64,000 nt of DNA from Eledone cirrhosa (GCA_964016885.1 OZ024741.1:254944001-255008000), one strand, 5' to 3'. Numbered from the stretch's first letter, positions 1 through 14,000 are shown. The notes: generated by a model from the sequence alone, not told the origin. Numbers and translations are program-made.

Positions 1-1429
1 CGTACGAGAGTTTTGACTTACGAGTGTTTCGACTTACGGGTGTTTCGGCTTATGAGTGTTTCGACTTACGAGTCTTTCGGCTTACGAGTGTTTCGACTTA
101 TGGGTGTTTCGACTTACGAGTGTTTTTACTTACGGTGTTTCGGCTTACGAGTGTTTCGACATACGAGTGTTTTGACTTACGGGTGTTTCGGCTTACGAGT
201 GTTTCGACTTACGAGTGTTTCGGCTTACGAGTGTTTCGACTTACTAATGTTTTTACTTACGAGTGTTTCGGCGTACGAGAGTTTTGACTTACGAGTGTTT
301 CGACTTACGAGTGTTTTGACTTACGAATGTTTTGACTTACGGATGTTTCGGCTTATGAGTGTTTCGACTTACGAGTCTTTCGGCTTACGAGTGTTTCGAC
401 TTACTAATGTTTTTACTTACGAGTGTTTCGGCGTACGACTGTTTCGACTTACGAGTGTTTCGACTTACGGGTGTTTTGACTTACGGGTGTTTCGGCTTAC
501 GAGTGTTTCGACTTACGAGTGTTTTGACTTACGGGTGTTTCGACTTACGAGTATTTTTGGCTTACGAGTGTTTCGACTTACGAGTGTTTTGACTTACGAG
601 TGATTCGACTTACGAATGTTTTGACTTACGGGTGTTTCGGCTTGCGAGTGTTTCGACTTACGAGTGTTTCGGCTTACGAGTGTTTCGACTTACGAGTGTT
701 TTGACTTACGGTGTTTCGGCTTACGAGTGTTTCGACTTACGAGTGTTTTGACTTACGGGTGATTTGACTTACGGGAGTTGTGAATTACGAGTGTTCCGAT
801 TTACGAGTGTTTTGACTTACGGTGTTTCGGCTTACGAGTGATTCGACTTACGAATGTTTTGACTTACGGGTGTTTCGGCTTGCGAGTGTTTCGACTTACG
901 AGTGTTTCGGCTTATGGGTGTTTCGACTTACTAATGTTTTTACTTACGAGTGTTTCGGCGTACGAGTGTTTTGACTTACGAGTGTTTCGACTTACGAGTG
1001 TTTCGACTTACGAGTGTTTCGGCTTACGTGAGTTTCGACTTAAGAGTGTTCTGATTTACGAGTGTTCTGACTTGCGGGTGTTCTGATTTACGAGTGTTCC
1101 GACTTACGAGTGTTTCGGCTTATTAGTGTTTCGACTTACGAGTGTTTCGGCTTACGAGTGTTTCGACTTATGGGTGTTTCGACTTACAGAGTGTTTTTAC
1201 TTACGGTGTTTCGGCTTACGAGTGTTTCGATATACGAGTGTTTTGACTTGCGGGTGTTTCGACGTACGAGTGTTTTGACTTACGAATGTTTTGACTTACG
1301 GGTGTTTCGGCTTACGAGTGTTTCGACTTACGAGTGTTTCGACTTACGAGTGTTTCGACTTACTAATGTTCTTACGAGTGTTTCGGCGTACGAGAGTTTT
1401 GACTTACGAGTGTTTCGACTTACGAGTGT

Positions 1430-4400
1430 TTCGACTTACGAGTGTTTTGACTTACGAATGTTTTGACTTACGGGTGTTTCGGCTTACGAGTGTTTCGACT
1501 TACGAGTCTTTCGGCTTACGAGTGTTTCGACTTACTAATGTTTTTACTTACGAGTGTTTCGGTGTACGAGTGTTTCGACTTACGGGTGTTTCGACTTACG
1601 GGTGTTTTGACTTACGGGTGTTTCGGCTAACGAGTGTTTTGACTTACGAGTGTTTTGACTTAAGGGTGTTTCGACTTACGAGTATTTTTGGCTTACGAGT
1701 GTTTCGACTTACGAGTGTTTTGACTTACGAGTGTTCTGATTTACGGATGTTTCGACATACGAGTGTTTCGACTTACGAGTGTTTCGACTATGAGTGTTTC
1801 GACTTACGAGTGTTTCGGCTTATGAGTGTTTCGACTTACGAGTGCTTCGGCTTACGAGTGTTTCGACTTACGAGTATTTCGGCTTAAGAGTGTTTCGACG
1901 TACGAATGTTTTGGCTTACGAGTGTTTCGGCTTATGAGTGTTTCGGCTTACGAGTGTTTCGACTTACGAGTGTTTCGGCTTACGAGTGTTTCAGTGTTTC
2001 GGCTTACGTGTGTTTCGACTTACGAGTGTTTCGACTTACGACTGTTTCGGCTTACGAGTGTTTCGGCTTACGAGTGTTTCGGCTTACGAGTGTTTTGACT
2101 TACGAGTGTTTTGACTTACAATTGTTTGGCTTACGAGTGTTCTGACTTACGGGTGTTCTGACTTACGAGTGTTCCGACTTACGAGTGTTTCGGCTTATGA
2201 GGGTTTCGACTTACGAGTGCTTCGGCTTACGAGTGTTTCGACTTACGAGTGTTTCGGCTTACGAGTGTTTCGACTTACGAGTGTTTCGACTTACGAGTGT
2301 TTTGACATACGAGTGTTTTGACGTACGGGTGTTTCGACTTACGGGTCTTTCGACTTAAGAGTGTTTCGACTTACGAGCGCTTCGACTTACGAGTGTTTCG
2401 ACTTACGAGTGTTTCGGCGTATGAGTGTTTTGACTTACGAGTGTTTTGACTTACGAGTGTTTTGAATTACGGTGTTTCTGCTTACGAGTGTTTCGACTTA
2501 CGAGTGTTATGACTTACGGGTGTTTTCACATACGAGTGTTTCGACTTACGAGTGTTTTGACTTACGGGTGTTTTGACATACGAGTGTTTCGATACGAGTG
2601 TTCTGACTTACGAGTGTTCTGACTTGCGAGTGTTCTGACTTACGAGTGTTTCGACATACGAGGGTTTTGACTTACGGTGTTTCAGCTTACGAGTGTTTCG
2701 GCGTACGAGAGTTTTGACTTACGAGTGTTTCGACTTACGAGTGTTTCGACTTACGAGTATTTTGACTTACGAATGTTTTGACTTACGGGTGTTTCGGCTT
2801 ACGAGTGTTTCGACTTACGAGTCTTTCGGCTTACGAGTGTTTCGACTTACTAATGTTTTTACTTACGAGTGTTTCGGCGTACGAGTGTTTCGACTTCCGA
2901 GTGTTTCGACTTACGGATGTTTTGACTTACGGGTGTTTCGGCTTACGAGTGTTTTGACTTACGAGTGTTTTGACTTAAGGGTGTTTCGACTTACGAGTAT
3001 TTTTGGCTTACGAGTGTTTCGACTTACGAGTGTTTTGACTTACGAGTGTTCTGATTTACGGATGTTTCGACATACGAGTGTTTCGACTTACGAGTGTTTC
3101 GACTTATGAGTGTTTCGACTTACGAGTGTTTCGACTTACGAGTGTTTCGGCTTATGATTGTTTCGACTTACGAGTGTTTTGACTTACGGTGTTTCAGCTT
3201 ACGAGTGTTTCGACTTACGAGTGTTTTGACTTACGGGTGTTTTGACATACGAGTGTTTCGATACGAGTGTTCTGACTTACGAGTGTTCTGACTTACGAGT
3301 GTTTTGACTTACGAGTGTTCTGACTTACGAGTGTTCCGACTTACGAGTGTTCCGACTTACGAGTGTTTCGACTTACGAGTGTTTCCTGCTTACGAGTGTT
3401 TCGACTTACGAGTGTTTTGACTTACGGTGTTTCGGCTTACGAGTGATTCGACTTACGATGTTTTGACTTACGGGTGTTTTGACTTACGGGTGTTGTGAAT
3501 TACGAGTGTTCCGATTTACGAGTGTTTTGACTAACGGTGTTTCGGCTTACGAGTGATTCGACTTACGAATGTTTTTACTTACGGGTGTTTCGGCTTGCGA
3601 GTTTTTCGACTTACGAGTGTTTCGGCTTATGAGTGTTTCGACTTACTAATGTTTTTACTTACGAGTGTTCTGACTTACGAGTGTTCCGACTTACGAGTGT
3701 TCCGACTTACGAGTGTTTCGGCTTACGAGTGTTTCCGGCTTACGAGTGTTTCAACTTACGAGTGTTTCGACTTACGAGTGTTTTGACTTACGGTGTTTCG
3801 ACTTACGAGTGATTCGACTTACGAGTGTTTTGACTTACGGGTGTTTTGACTTACGGGTGTTGTGAATTACGAGTGTTCCGATTTACGAGTGTTTTGAGTT
3901 ACGGTGTTTCGGCTTACGAGTGATTCGACTTACGAATGTTTTGACTTACGGGTGTTTCGGCTTGCTAGTGTTTCGACTTACGAGTGTTTCGACTTACTAC
4001 TGTTTTTACTTACGAGTGTTTCGGCGTACGAGTGTTTTGACTTACGAGTGTTTCGACTTACGAGTGTTTCGAATTACGAGTGTTTCGGCTTACGTGAGTT
4101 TCGACTTAAGAGTGTTCTGATTTACGAGTGTTCTGACTTGCGGGTGTTCTGATTTACGAGTGTTCCGACTTACGAGTGTTTCGGCTTATGAGTGTTTCGA
4201 CTTACGAGTGTTTCGGCTTACGAGTGTTTCGACTTATGGGTGTTTCGACATACGAGTGTTTTGACTTACGGGTGTTTCGACTTACGAGTGTTTTGACTTA
4301 CGAATGTTTTGACTTACGGGTGTTTCGGCTTACGAGTGTTTCGACTTACGAGTGTTTCGGCTTACGAGTGTTTCGACTTACTAATGTTCTTACTTACGAG

Positions 4401-7400
4401 TGTTTCGGCGTACGAGTTTTGACTTACGAGTGCTTCGACTTACGAGTGTTTCGACTTACGAAAGTTTTGACTTACGGGTGTTTCGGCTTACGAGTGTTTC
4501 GACGTACGAGTCTTTCGGCTTACGAGTGTTTCGGCGTACGAGTGTTTCGACTTACGAGTGTTTCGACTTACGAGTGTTTTGAATTACGGGTGTTTTGACA
4601 TACGAGTGTTTCGATACGAGTGTTTCGACTTACGAGTTTTCTGACTTACGAGTGTTCTGACTTACGAGTGTTCTGACTTACGAGTGTTCTGATTTACGAG
4701 TGTTCCGACTTACGAGTGTTTCGGCTTACGAGTGTTTCGGCTTACGAGTGTTTCGACTTACGAGTGTTTTGACTTACGAATGTTTTGACTTACGGGTGTT
4801 TCGGCTTACGAGTGTTTCGACTTACGAGTCTTTCGGCTTACGAGTGTTTCGACTTACTAATGTTTTTACTTACGAGTGTTTCGGTGTACGAGTGTTTCGA
4901 CTTACGGGTGTTTCGACTTACGGGTGTTTTGACTTACGGGTGTTTCGGCTAACGAGTGTTTTGACTTACGAGTGTTTTGACTTAAGGGTGTTTCGACTTA
5001 CGAGTATTTTTGGCTTACGAGTGTTTCGACTTACGAGTGTTTTGACTTACGAGTGTTCTGATTTACGGATGTTTCGACATACGAGTGTTTCGACTTACGA
5101 GTGTTTCGACTATGAGTGTTTCGACTTACGAGTGTTTCGGCTTATGAGTGTTTCGACTTACGAGTGCTTCGGCTTACGAGTGTTTCGACTTACGAGTATT
5201 TCGGCTTAAGAGTGTTTCGACGTACGAATGTTTTGGCTTACGAGTGTTTCGGCTTATGAGTGTTTCGGCTTACGAGTGTTTCGACTTACGAGTGTTTCGG
5301 CTTACGAGTGTTTCAGTGTTTCGGCTTACGTGTGTTTCGACTTACGAGTGTTTCGACTTACGACTGTTTCGGCTTACGAGTGTTTCGGCTTACGAGTGTT
5401 TCGGCTTACGAGTGTTTTGACTTACGAGTGTTTTGACTTACAATTGTTTGGCTTACGAGTGTTCTGACTTACGGGTGTTCTGACTTACGAGTGTTCCGAC
5501 TTACGAGTGTTTCGGCTTATGAGGGTTTCGACTTACGAGTGCTTCGGCTTACGAGTGTTTCGACTTACGAGTGTTTCGGCTTACGAGTGTTTCGACTTAC
5601 GAGTGTTTCGACTTACGAGTGTTTTGACTTACGGTGTTTCGGCTTACGAGTGTTTCGACATACGAGTGTTTTGACGTACGGGTGTTTCGACTTACGGGTC
5701 TTTCGACTTAAGAGTGTTTCGACTTGCGAGTGTTCTGACTTACGAGTGTTTCGACATACGAGGGTTTTGACTTACGGTGTTTCAGCTTACGAGTGTTTCG
5801 GCGTACGAGAGTTTTGACTTACGAGTGTTTCGACTTACGAGTGTTTCGACTTACGAGTATTTTGACTTACGAATGTTTTGACTTACGGGTGTTTCGGCTT
5901 ACGAGTGTTTCGACTTACGAGTCTTTCGGCTTACGAGTGTTTCGACTTACTAATGTTTTTACTTACGAGTGTTTCGGCGTACGAGTGTTTCGACTTCCGA
6001 GTGTTTCGACTTACGGATGTTTTGACTTACGGGTGTTTCGGCTTATGAGTGTTTTGACTTACGAGTGTTTTGACTTAAGGGTGTTTCGACTTACGAGTAT
6101 TTTTGGCTTACGAGTGTTTTGACTTACGAGTGTTTTGACTTACGAGTGTTCTGATTTACGGATGTTTCGACATACGAGTGTTTCGACTTACGAGTGTTTC
6201 GACTTATGAGTGTTTCGACTTACGAGTGTTTCGACTTACGAGTGTTTCGGCTTATGATTGTTTCGACTTACGAGTGTTTTGACTTACGGTGTTTCAGCTT
6301 ACGAGTGTTTCGACTTACGAGTGTTTTGACTTACGGGTGTTTTGACATACGAGTGTTTCGATACGAGTGTTCTGACTTACGAGTGTTCTGACTTACGAGT
6401 GTTTTGACTTACGAGTGTTCTGACTTACGAGTGTTCCGACTTACGAGTGTTCCGACTTACGAGTGTTTCGACTTACGAGTGTTTCCTGCTTACGAGTGTT
6501 TCGACTTACGAGTGTTTTGACTTACGGTGTTTCGGCTTACGAGTGATTCGACTTACGATGTTTTGACTTACGGGTGTTTTGACTTACGGGTGTTGTGAAT
6601 TACGAGTGTTCCGATTTACGAGTGTTTTGACTAACGGTGTTTCGGCTTACGAGTGATTCGACTTACGAATGTTTTTACTTACGGGTGTTTCGGCTTGCGA
6701 GTTTTTCGACTTACGAGTGTTTCGGCTTATGAGTGTTTCGACTTACTAATGTTTTTACTTACGAGTGTTCTGACTTACGAGTGTTCCGACTTACGAGTGT
6801 TCCGACTTACGAGTGTTTCGGCTTACGAGTGTTTCCGGCTTACGAGTGTTTCAACTTACGAGTGTTTCGACTTACGAGTGTTTTGACTTACGGTGTTTCG
6901 ACTTACGAGTGATTCGACTTACGAGTGTTTTGACTTACGGGTGTTTTGACTTACGGGTGTTGTGAATTACGAGTGTTCCGATTTACGAGTGTTTTGAGTT
7001 ACGGTGTTTCGGCTTACGAGTGATTCGACTTACGAATGTTTTGACTTACGGGTGTTTCGGCTTGCTAGTGTTTCGACTTACGAGTGTTTCGACTTACTAC
7101 TGTTTTTACTTACGAGTGTTTCGGCGTACGAGTGTTTTGACTTACGAGTGTTTCGACTTACGAGTGTTTCGAATTACGAGTGTTTCGGCTTACGTGAGTT
7201 TCGACTTAAGAGTGTTCTGATTTACGAGTGTTCTGACTTGCGGGTGTTCTGATTTACGAGTGTTCCGACTTACGAGTGTTTCGGCTTATGAGTGTTTCGA
7301 CTTACGAGTGTTTCGGCTTACGAGTGTTTCGACTTATGGGTGTTTCGACATACGAGTGTTTTGACTTACGGGTGTTTCGACTTACGAGTGTTTTGACTTA

Positions 7401-7861
7401 CGAATGTTTTGACTTACGGGTGTTTCGGCTTACGAGTGTTTCGACTTACGAGTGTTTCGGCTTACGAGTGTTTCGACTTACTAATGTTCTTACTTACGAG
7501 TGTTTCGGCGTACGAGTTTTGACTTACGAGTGCTTCGACTTACGAGTGTTTCGACTTACGAAAGTTTTGACTTACGGGTGTTTCGGCTTACGAGTGTTTC
7601 GACGTACGAGTCTTTCGGCTTACGAGTGTTTCGGCGTACGAGTGTTTCGACTTACGAGTGTTTCGACTTACGAGTGTTTTGAATTACGGGTGTTTTGACA
7701 TACGAGTGTTTCGATACGAGTGTTTCGACTTACGAGTTTTCTGACTTACGAGTGTTCTGACTTACGAGTGTTCTGACTTACGAGTGTTCTGATTTACGAG
7801 TGTTCCGACTTACGAGTGTTTCGGCTTACGAGTGTTTCGGCTTACGAGTGTTTCGACTTAC
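1430..7861. repeat. Tandem higher-order duplication, unit ~3.3 kb (offset 3,322, briefly 3,353, then 3,100)
   Basis: Identical ORF translations at 1826/5148 and 1906/5228 (3,322) and at 3094/6194, 3553/6653, 3904/7004 and 4176/7276 (3,100). The marker acgtacggg lies at 2321/5674 (3,353). The copies diverge at about 4762/7862. Confidence 0.9.
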
Positions 7862-9442
7862 GGGTGTTTTGACTTACGGGTGTTTCGGCTTACGAGTGTT
7901 TCGGCTTATGATTGTTTCGACTTACGAGTGTTTTGACTTACGGTGTTTCAGCTTACGAGTGTTTCGACTTACGAGTGATTTGACTTACGGGTGGTTTGAC
8001 ATACGAGTGTTTCGATACGAGTGTTCTGACTTACGAGTGTTCTGACTTACGAGTGTTTTGACTTACGAGTGTTCTGACTTACGAGTGTTCCGACTTACGA
8101 GTGTTCCGACTTACGAGTGTTTCGGCTTACGAGTGTTTCCGGCTTACGAGTGTTTCGACTTACGAATGTTTTGACCTACGGTGTTTCGGCTTACGAGTGA
8201 TTCGACTTACGAGTGTTTTGATATACGGGTGTTTTGACTTACGGGTGTTGTGAATTACGAGTGTTCCGATTTACGAGTGTTTTGACTTACGGTGTTTCGG
8301 CTTACGAGTGATTCGACTTACGAATGTTTTGACTTACGGGTGTTTCGGCTTGCGAGTGTTTCGACTTACGAATGTTTCGGCTTATGAGTGTTTCGACTTA
8401 CTAATGTTTTTACTTACGAGTGTTCTGACTTACGAGTGTTCCGACTTACGAGTGTTCCGACTTACGAGTGTTTCGGCTTACGAGTGTTTCCGGCTTACGA
8501 GTGTTTCGACTTACGAATGTTTCGACTTACGAGTGTTTTGACTTACGGTGTTTCGACTTACGAGTGATTCGACTTACGAGTGTTTTGACTTACGGGTGTT
8601 TTGACTTACGGGTGTTGTGAATTACGAGTGTTCCGATTTACGAGTGTTTTGACTTACGGTGTTTCGGCTTAGGAGTGATTCGACTTATGAATGTTTTGAC
8701 TTACGGGTGTTTCGGCTTGCTAGTGTTTCGACTTACGAGTGTTTCGGCTTATGAGTGTTTCGACTTACTACTGTTTTGACTTACGAGTGTTTCGAATTAC
8801 GAGTGTTTTGACTTACGAATGTTTTGACTTACGGGTGTTTCGGCTTACGAGTGTTTCGACTTACGAGTGTTTCGGCTTGCGAGTGTTTCGACATACGAGT
8901 GTTTTGACTTACGGGTGTTTCGGCTTACGAGTGTTCCGACTTACGAGTGTTTCGGCTTACGAGTGTTTCCGGCTTACGAGTGTTTCGGCGTACGAGTGTT
9001 TCGACTTACGAGTGTTTCGACTTACGGGTGTTTTGACTTAAGGGTGTTTCGACTTACAAGTGATTCGACTTACGAGTGTTTCGACTTACGAGTGTTCTGA
9101 CTTACGAGTGTTCTGATTTACGGATGTTTCGACATACGAGTGTTTCGACTTACGAGTGTTTCGACTTACGAGTGATTTGACTTACGGGAGTTTTGACATA
9201 CGAGTGTTTCGATACGAGTGTTTCGACTTACGAGTGTTCTGACTTACGAGTGTTCTGACTTACGAGTGTTTCGAGTTACGAGTGTTTTGACTTACGCGTG
9301 TTTTGACATACGAGTGTTTCGGCTTACGAGTGTTTCGGCTTACGAGTGTTTCGACTTACGAGTGTTTCGACTTACGAGTGTTCCGACTTTACGAGTGTTT
9401 CGGCTCACGAGTGTTTCGGCTTACGAGTGTTTCGACTTATGA

Positions 9443-9511
9443 AAATAACAAATAGACGCGGTTTCAAATCTCTATGATTTTCAAATTCATTACATTAATC
9501 TTTATTTATAC
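9443..9511. other. Non-satellite AT-rich island (~69 bp, ~23% GC) interrupting the array
   Basis: aaataacaaatagacgcggtttcaaatctctatgattttcaaattcattacattaatctttatttatac has no resemblance to the monomer. Satellite ends at ...gacttatga and resumes at gtttcgctttacgag. I counted 16 G+C in 69 nt. Confidence 0.95.
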
Positions 9512-11090
9512 GTTTCGCTTTACGAGTGTTTCGACTTAGGAGTGTTTCGACATACGAGTGTTTCGACTTCCGAATGTTTTTGCTTACGGGTGTTTCGACT
9601 TACGAATGTTTCGGCTTACGAGTGTTTCGGCTTACGAGTGTTCCGACTTAGGAGTGTTTCGGCTTACGAGTGTTTCCGGCTTACGAGTGTTTCGACTTAC
9701 GAGTGTTTCGACTTTCGAGTGTTTTGACTTACGGTGTTTCGGCTTACGAGTGACTCGACTTACGAGTGTTTTGACTTACGGGTGTTTTGACTTACGGGTG
9801 TTGTGAATTACCAGTGTTCCGATTTACGAGTGTTTTGACTTACGGTGTTTCGGCTTGGGAGTGTTTCGACTTACGAGTGTTTCGGCTTATGATTGTTTCG
9901 ACTTACTAATGTTTTTACTTACGAGTGTTTCGGCGTTCGAGTGTTTTGACTTACGAGTGTTTTGATTTACGGGTGTTTCGGCTTATGAGTGTTTCGACTT
10001 ACGAGTGTTCTGACTTACGAATGTTTTGACTTACGGGTGTTTCGGCTTATGAGTGTTTCGACTTACGAGTCTTTCGGCTTACGAGTGTTTCGACTTACTA
10101 ATGTTTTTACTTACGAGTGTTTCGACTTACGAGTGTTTTGACTTACGGGTGTTTCGACTTACGAGTGTTTCGACTTATGAGTGTTTCGACTTACGAGTGT
10201 TTTGACTTACGGTGTTTCGGCTTACGAGTGATTCGACTTACGAATGTTTTGACTTACGGGTGTTTCGGCTTGCTAGTGTTTCGACTTACGAGTGTTTCGG
10301 CTTATGAGTGTTTCGACTTACTACTGTTTTTACTTACGAGTGTTTCGGCGTACGAGTGTTTTGACTTACGAGTGTTTCGAATTACGAGTGTTTTGACTTA
10401 CGAATGTTTTGACATACGGGTGTTTCGGCTTACGAGTGTTTCGACTTACGAGTGTTTCGGCTTGCGAGTGTTTCGACTTACTAATGTTTTTACTTACGAG
10501 TTTTTCGGCGTACGAGTGTTTCGACTTACGAGTGTTTCGACTTACGGGTGTTTTGACTTAAGGGTGTTTCGACTTACAAGTGTTTCGACATACGAGTGTT
10601 TCGACTTACGAGTGTTTCGACTTACGAGTGTTTTGACTTACGGGTGTTTTGACATACGAGTGTTTCGATACGAGTGTTTCGGCTTATGAGTGTTTCGACT
10701 TACGAGTGTTCTGACTTACGAATGTTTTGACTTACGGGTGTTTCGACTTACGAGTGTTCCGACTTACGGGTGTTTCGACTTACGAGTGGTTTGGCTTACG
10801 GTGTTTCGGCTTACGAGTGTTTCGAGTTACGAGTGTTTTGACTTACGCGTGTTTTGACATACGAGTGTTTCGATACGAGTGTTCTGACTTACGAGTGTTC
10901 TGACTTACGAGTGTTCTGACTTACGAGTGTTCCGACTTTACGAGTGTTTCGGCTCACGAGTGTTTCGGCTTACGAGTGATTCGACTTACGAGTGTTTTGA
11001 ATTACGGGTGTTTTGACTTACGGGTGATGTGAATTACCAGTGTTCCGATTTACGAGTGTTTTGACTTACGGTGTTTCGGCTTGCGAGTGT

Positions 11091-14000
11091 TTCGACTTAC
11101 GAATGTTTTGACTTACGGGTGTTTCGGCTTGCTAGTGTTTCGACTTACGAGTGTTTCGGCTTATGAGTGTTTCGACTTACTACTGTTTTTACTTACGAGT
11201 GTTTCGGCGTACGAGTGTTTTGACTTACGAGTGTTTCGACTTACGGGTGTTTTGACTTAAGGGTGTTTCGACTTACAAGTGTTTCGACATACGAGTGTTT
11301 CGACTTACGAGTGTTTCGACTTACGAGTGTTTTGACTTACGGGTGTTTTGACATACGAGTGTTTCGATACGAGTGTTTCGACTTACGAGTGTTCTGACTT
11401 ACGAGTGTTCTGACTTACGAGTGTTCTGATTTACGAGTGTTCCGACTTACGAGTGTTTCGGCTAACGAGTGTTTCGGCTTACGAGTGTTTCGACTTACGG
11501 GTGTTTTGACATACGAGTGTTTCGATACGAGTGTTTCGACTTACGAGTGTTCTGACTTACGAGTGTTCTGACTTACGAGTGTTCTGATTTACGAGTGTTC
11601 TGACTTACGAGTGTTTCGGCTTACGAGTGTTTCGACTTACGAGTGTTTCGACTTACGAGTGTTTCGACTTACGAGTGTTCCGACTTACGGGTGTTTCGAC
11701 TTACGAGTGGTTTGGCTTACGGTGTTTCGGCTTACGAGTGTTTCGAGTTACGAGTGTTTTGACTTACGCGTGTTTTGACATACGAGTGTTTCGATACGAG
11801 TGTTCTGACTTACGAGTGTTCTGACTTACGAGTTTTCTGACTTACGAGTGTTCCGACTTTACGAGTGTTTCGGCTCACGAGTGTTTCGGCTTACGAGTGA
11901 TTCGACTTACGAGTGTTTTGAATTACGGGTGTTTTGACTTACGGGTGATGTGAATTACCAGTGTTCCGATTTACGAGTGTTTTGACTTACGGTGTTTCGG
12001 CTTGCGAGTGTTTCGACTTACGAGTGTTTCGGCTTATGAGTGTTTCGACTTACTAATGTTTTTACTTACGAGTGTTTCGGCGTTCGAGTGTTTTGACTTA
12101 CGAGTGTTTCGACTTACGAGTGTTTTGACTTACGAATGTTTTGACTTACGGGTGTTTCGGCTTACGGGTGTTTCGACTTACGAGTGTTTCGACTTATGAG
12201 TGTTTCGACTTACGAGTGTTCTGACTTACGAGTGTTCCGACTTACGAGTGTTTCGGTTTACGAGTGTTTCGACATACGAGTGTTTTGACTTACGGGTGTT
12301 TCGACTTACGGGTGTTTCGACTTACGAGTGTTTCAGCTTACGAGTGTTTCGGCGTACGAGAGTTTTGACTTACGAGTGTTTCGACTTACGAGTGTTTCGA
12401 CTTACGAGTATTTTGACTTACGAATGTTTTGACTTACGGGTGTTTCGGCTTACGAGTGTTTCGACTTACGAGTCTTTCGGCTTACGAGTGTTTCGACTTA
12501 CTAATGTTTTTACTTACGAGTGTTTCGGCGTACGAGTGTTTCGACTTCCGAGTGTTTCGACTTACGGATGTTTTGACTTACGGGTGTTTCGGCTTACGAG
12601 TGTTTTGACTTACGAGTGTTTTGACTTAAGGGTGTTTCGACTTACGAGTATTTTTGGCTTACGAGTGTTTCGACTTACGAGTGTTTTGACTTACGAGTGT
12701 TCTGATTTACGGATGTTTCGACATACGAGTGTTTCGACTTACGAGTGTTCTGACTTACGAGTGTTCTGACTTACGAGTGTTTTGACTTACGAGTGTTCTG
12801 ACTTACGAGTGTTCCGACTTACGAGTGTTCCGACTTACGAGTGTTTCGACTTACGAGTGTTTCCTGCTTACGAGTGTTTCGACTTACGAGTGTTTTGACT
12901 TACGGTGTTTCGGCTTACGAGTGATTCGACTTACGAGTGTTTTGACTTACGGGTGTTTTGACTTACGGGTGTTGTGAATTACGAGTGTTCCGATTTACGA
13001 GTGTTTTGACTAACGGTGTTTCGGCTTACGAGTGATTCGACTTACGAATGTTTTTACTTACGGGTGTTTCGGCTTGCGAGTTTTTCGACTTACGAGTGTT
13101 TCGGCTTATGAGTGTTTCGACTTACTAATGTTTTTACTTACGAGTGTTCTGACTTACGAGTGTTCCGACTTACGAGTGTTTCGGCTTCCGAGTGTTTCCG
13201 GCTTACGAGTGTTTCAACTTACGAGTGTTTCGACTTACGAGTGTTTTGACTTACGGTGTTTCGACTTACGAGTGATTCGACTTACGAGTGTTTTGACTTA
13301 CGGGTGTTTTGACTTACGGGTGTTGTGAATTACGAGTGTTCCGATTTACGAGTGTTTTGAGTTACGGTGTTTCGGCTTACGAGTGATTCGACTTACGAAT
13401 GTTTTGACTTACGGGTGTTTCGGCTTGCTAGTGTTTCGACTTACGAGTGTTTCGACTTACTACTGTTTTTACTTACGAGTGTTTCGGCGTACGAGTGTTT
13501 TGACTTACGAGTGTTTCGACTTACGAGTGTTTCGAATTACGAGTGTTTCGGCTTACGTGAGTTTCGACTTAAGAGTGTTCTGATTTACGAGTGTTCTGAC
13601 TTGCGGGTGTTCTGATTTACGAGTGTTCCGACTTACGAGTGTTTCGGCTTATGAGTGTTTCGACTTACGAGTGTTTCGGCTTACGAGTGTTTCGACTTAT
13701 GGGTGTTTCGACATACGAGTGTTTTGACTTACGGGTGTTTCGACTTACGAGTGTTTTGACTTACGGGTGTTTCGGCTTACGAGTGTTTCGACTTACGAGT
13801 GTTTCGGCTTACGAGTGTTTCGACTTACTAATGTTCTTACTTACGAGTGTTTCGGCGTACGAGAGTTTTGACTTACGAGTGTTTCGACTTACGAGTGTTT
13901 CGACTTACGAGTGTTTTGACTTACGAAAGTTTTGACTTACGGGTGTTTCGGCTTACGAGTGTTTCGACTTACGAGTCTTTCGGCTTACGAGTGTTTCGGC

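Noticed and set aside
9501-9510. Promoter or polyadenylation signal (TATAAA and AATAAA on the - strand)
   Set aside because: Such hexamers are expected by chance in ~77% AT sequence and no gene is nearby. It is noted only within the island finding.
9443-9511. MITE or other transposon call for the island
   Set aside because: There is only a 6-bp AT-rich inverted pair, no clear target-site duplication and a single copy, which is insufficient.
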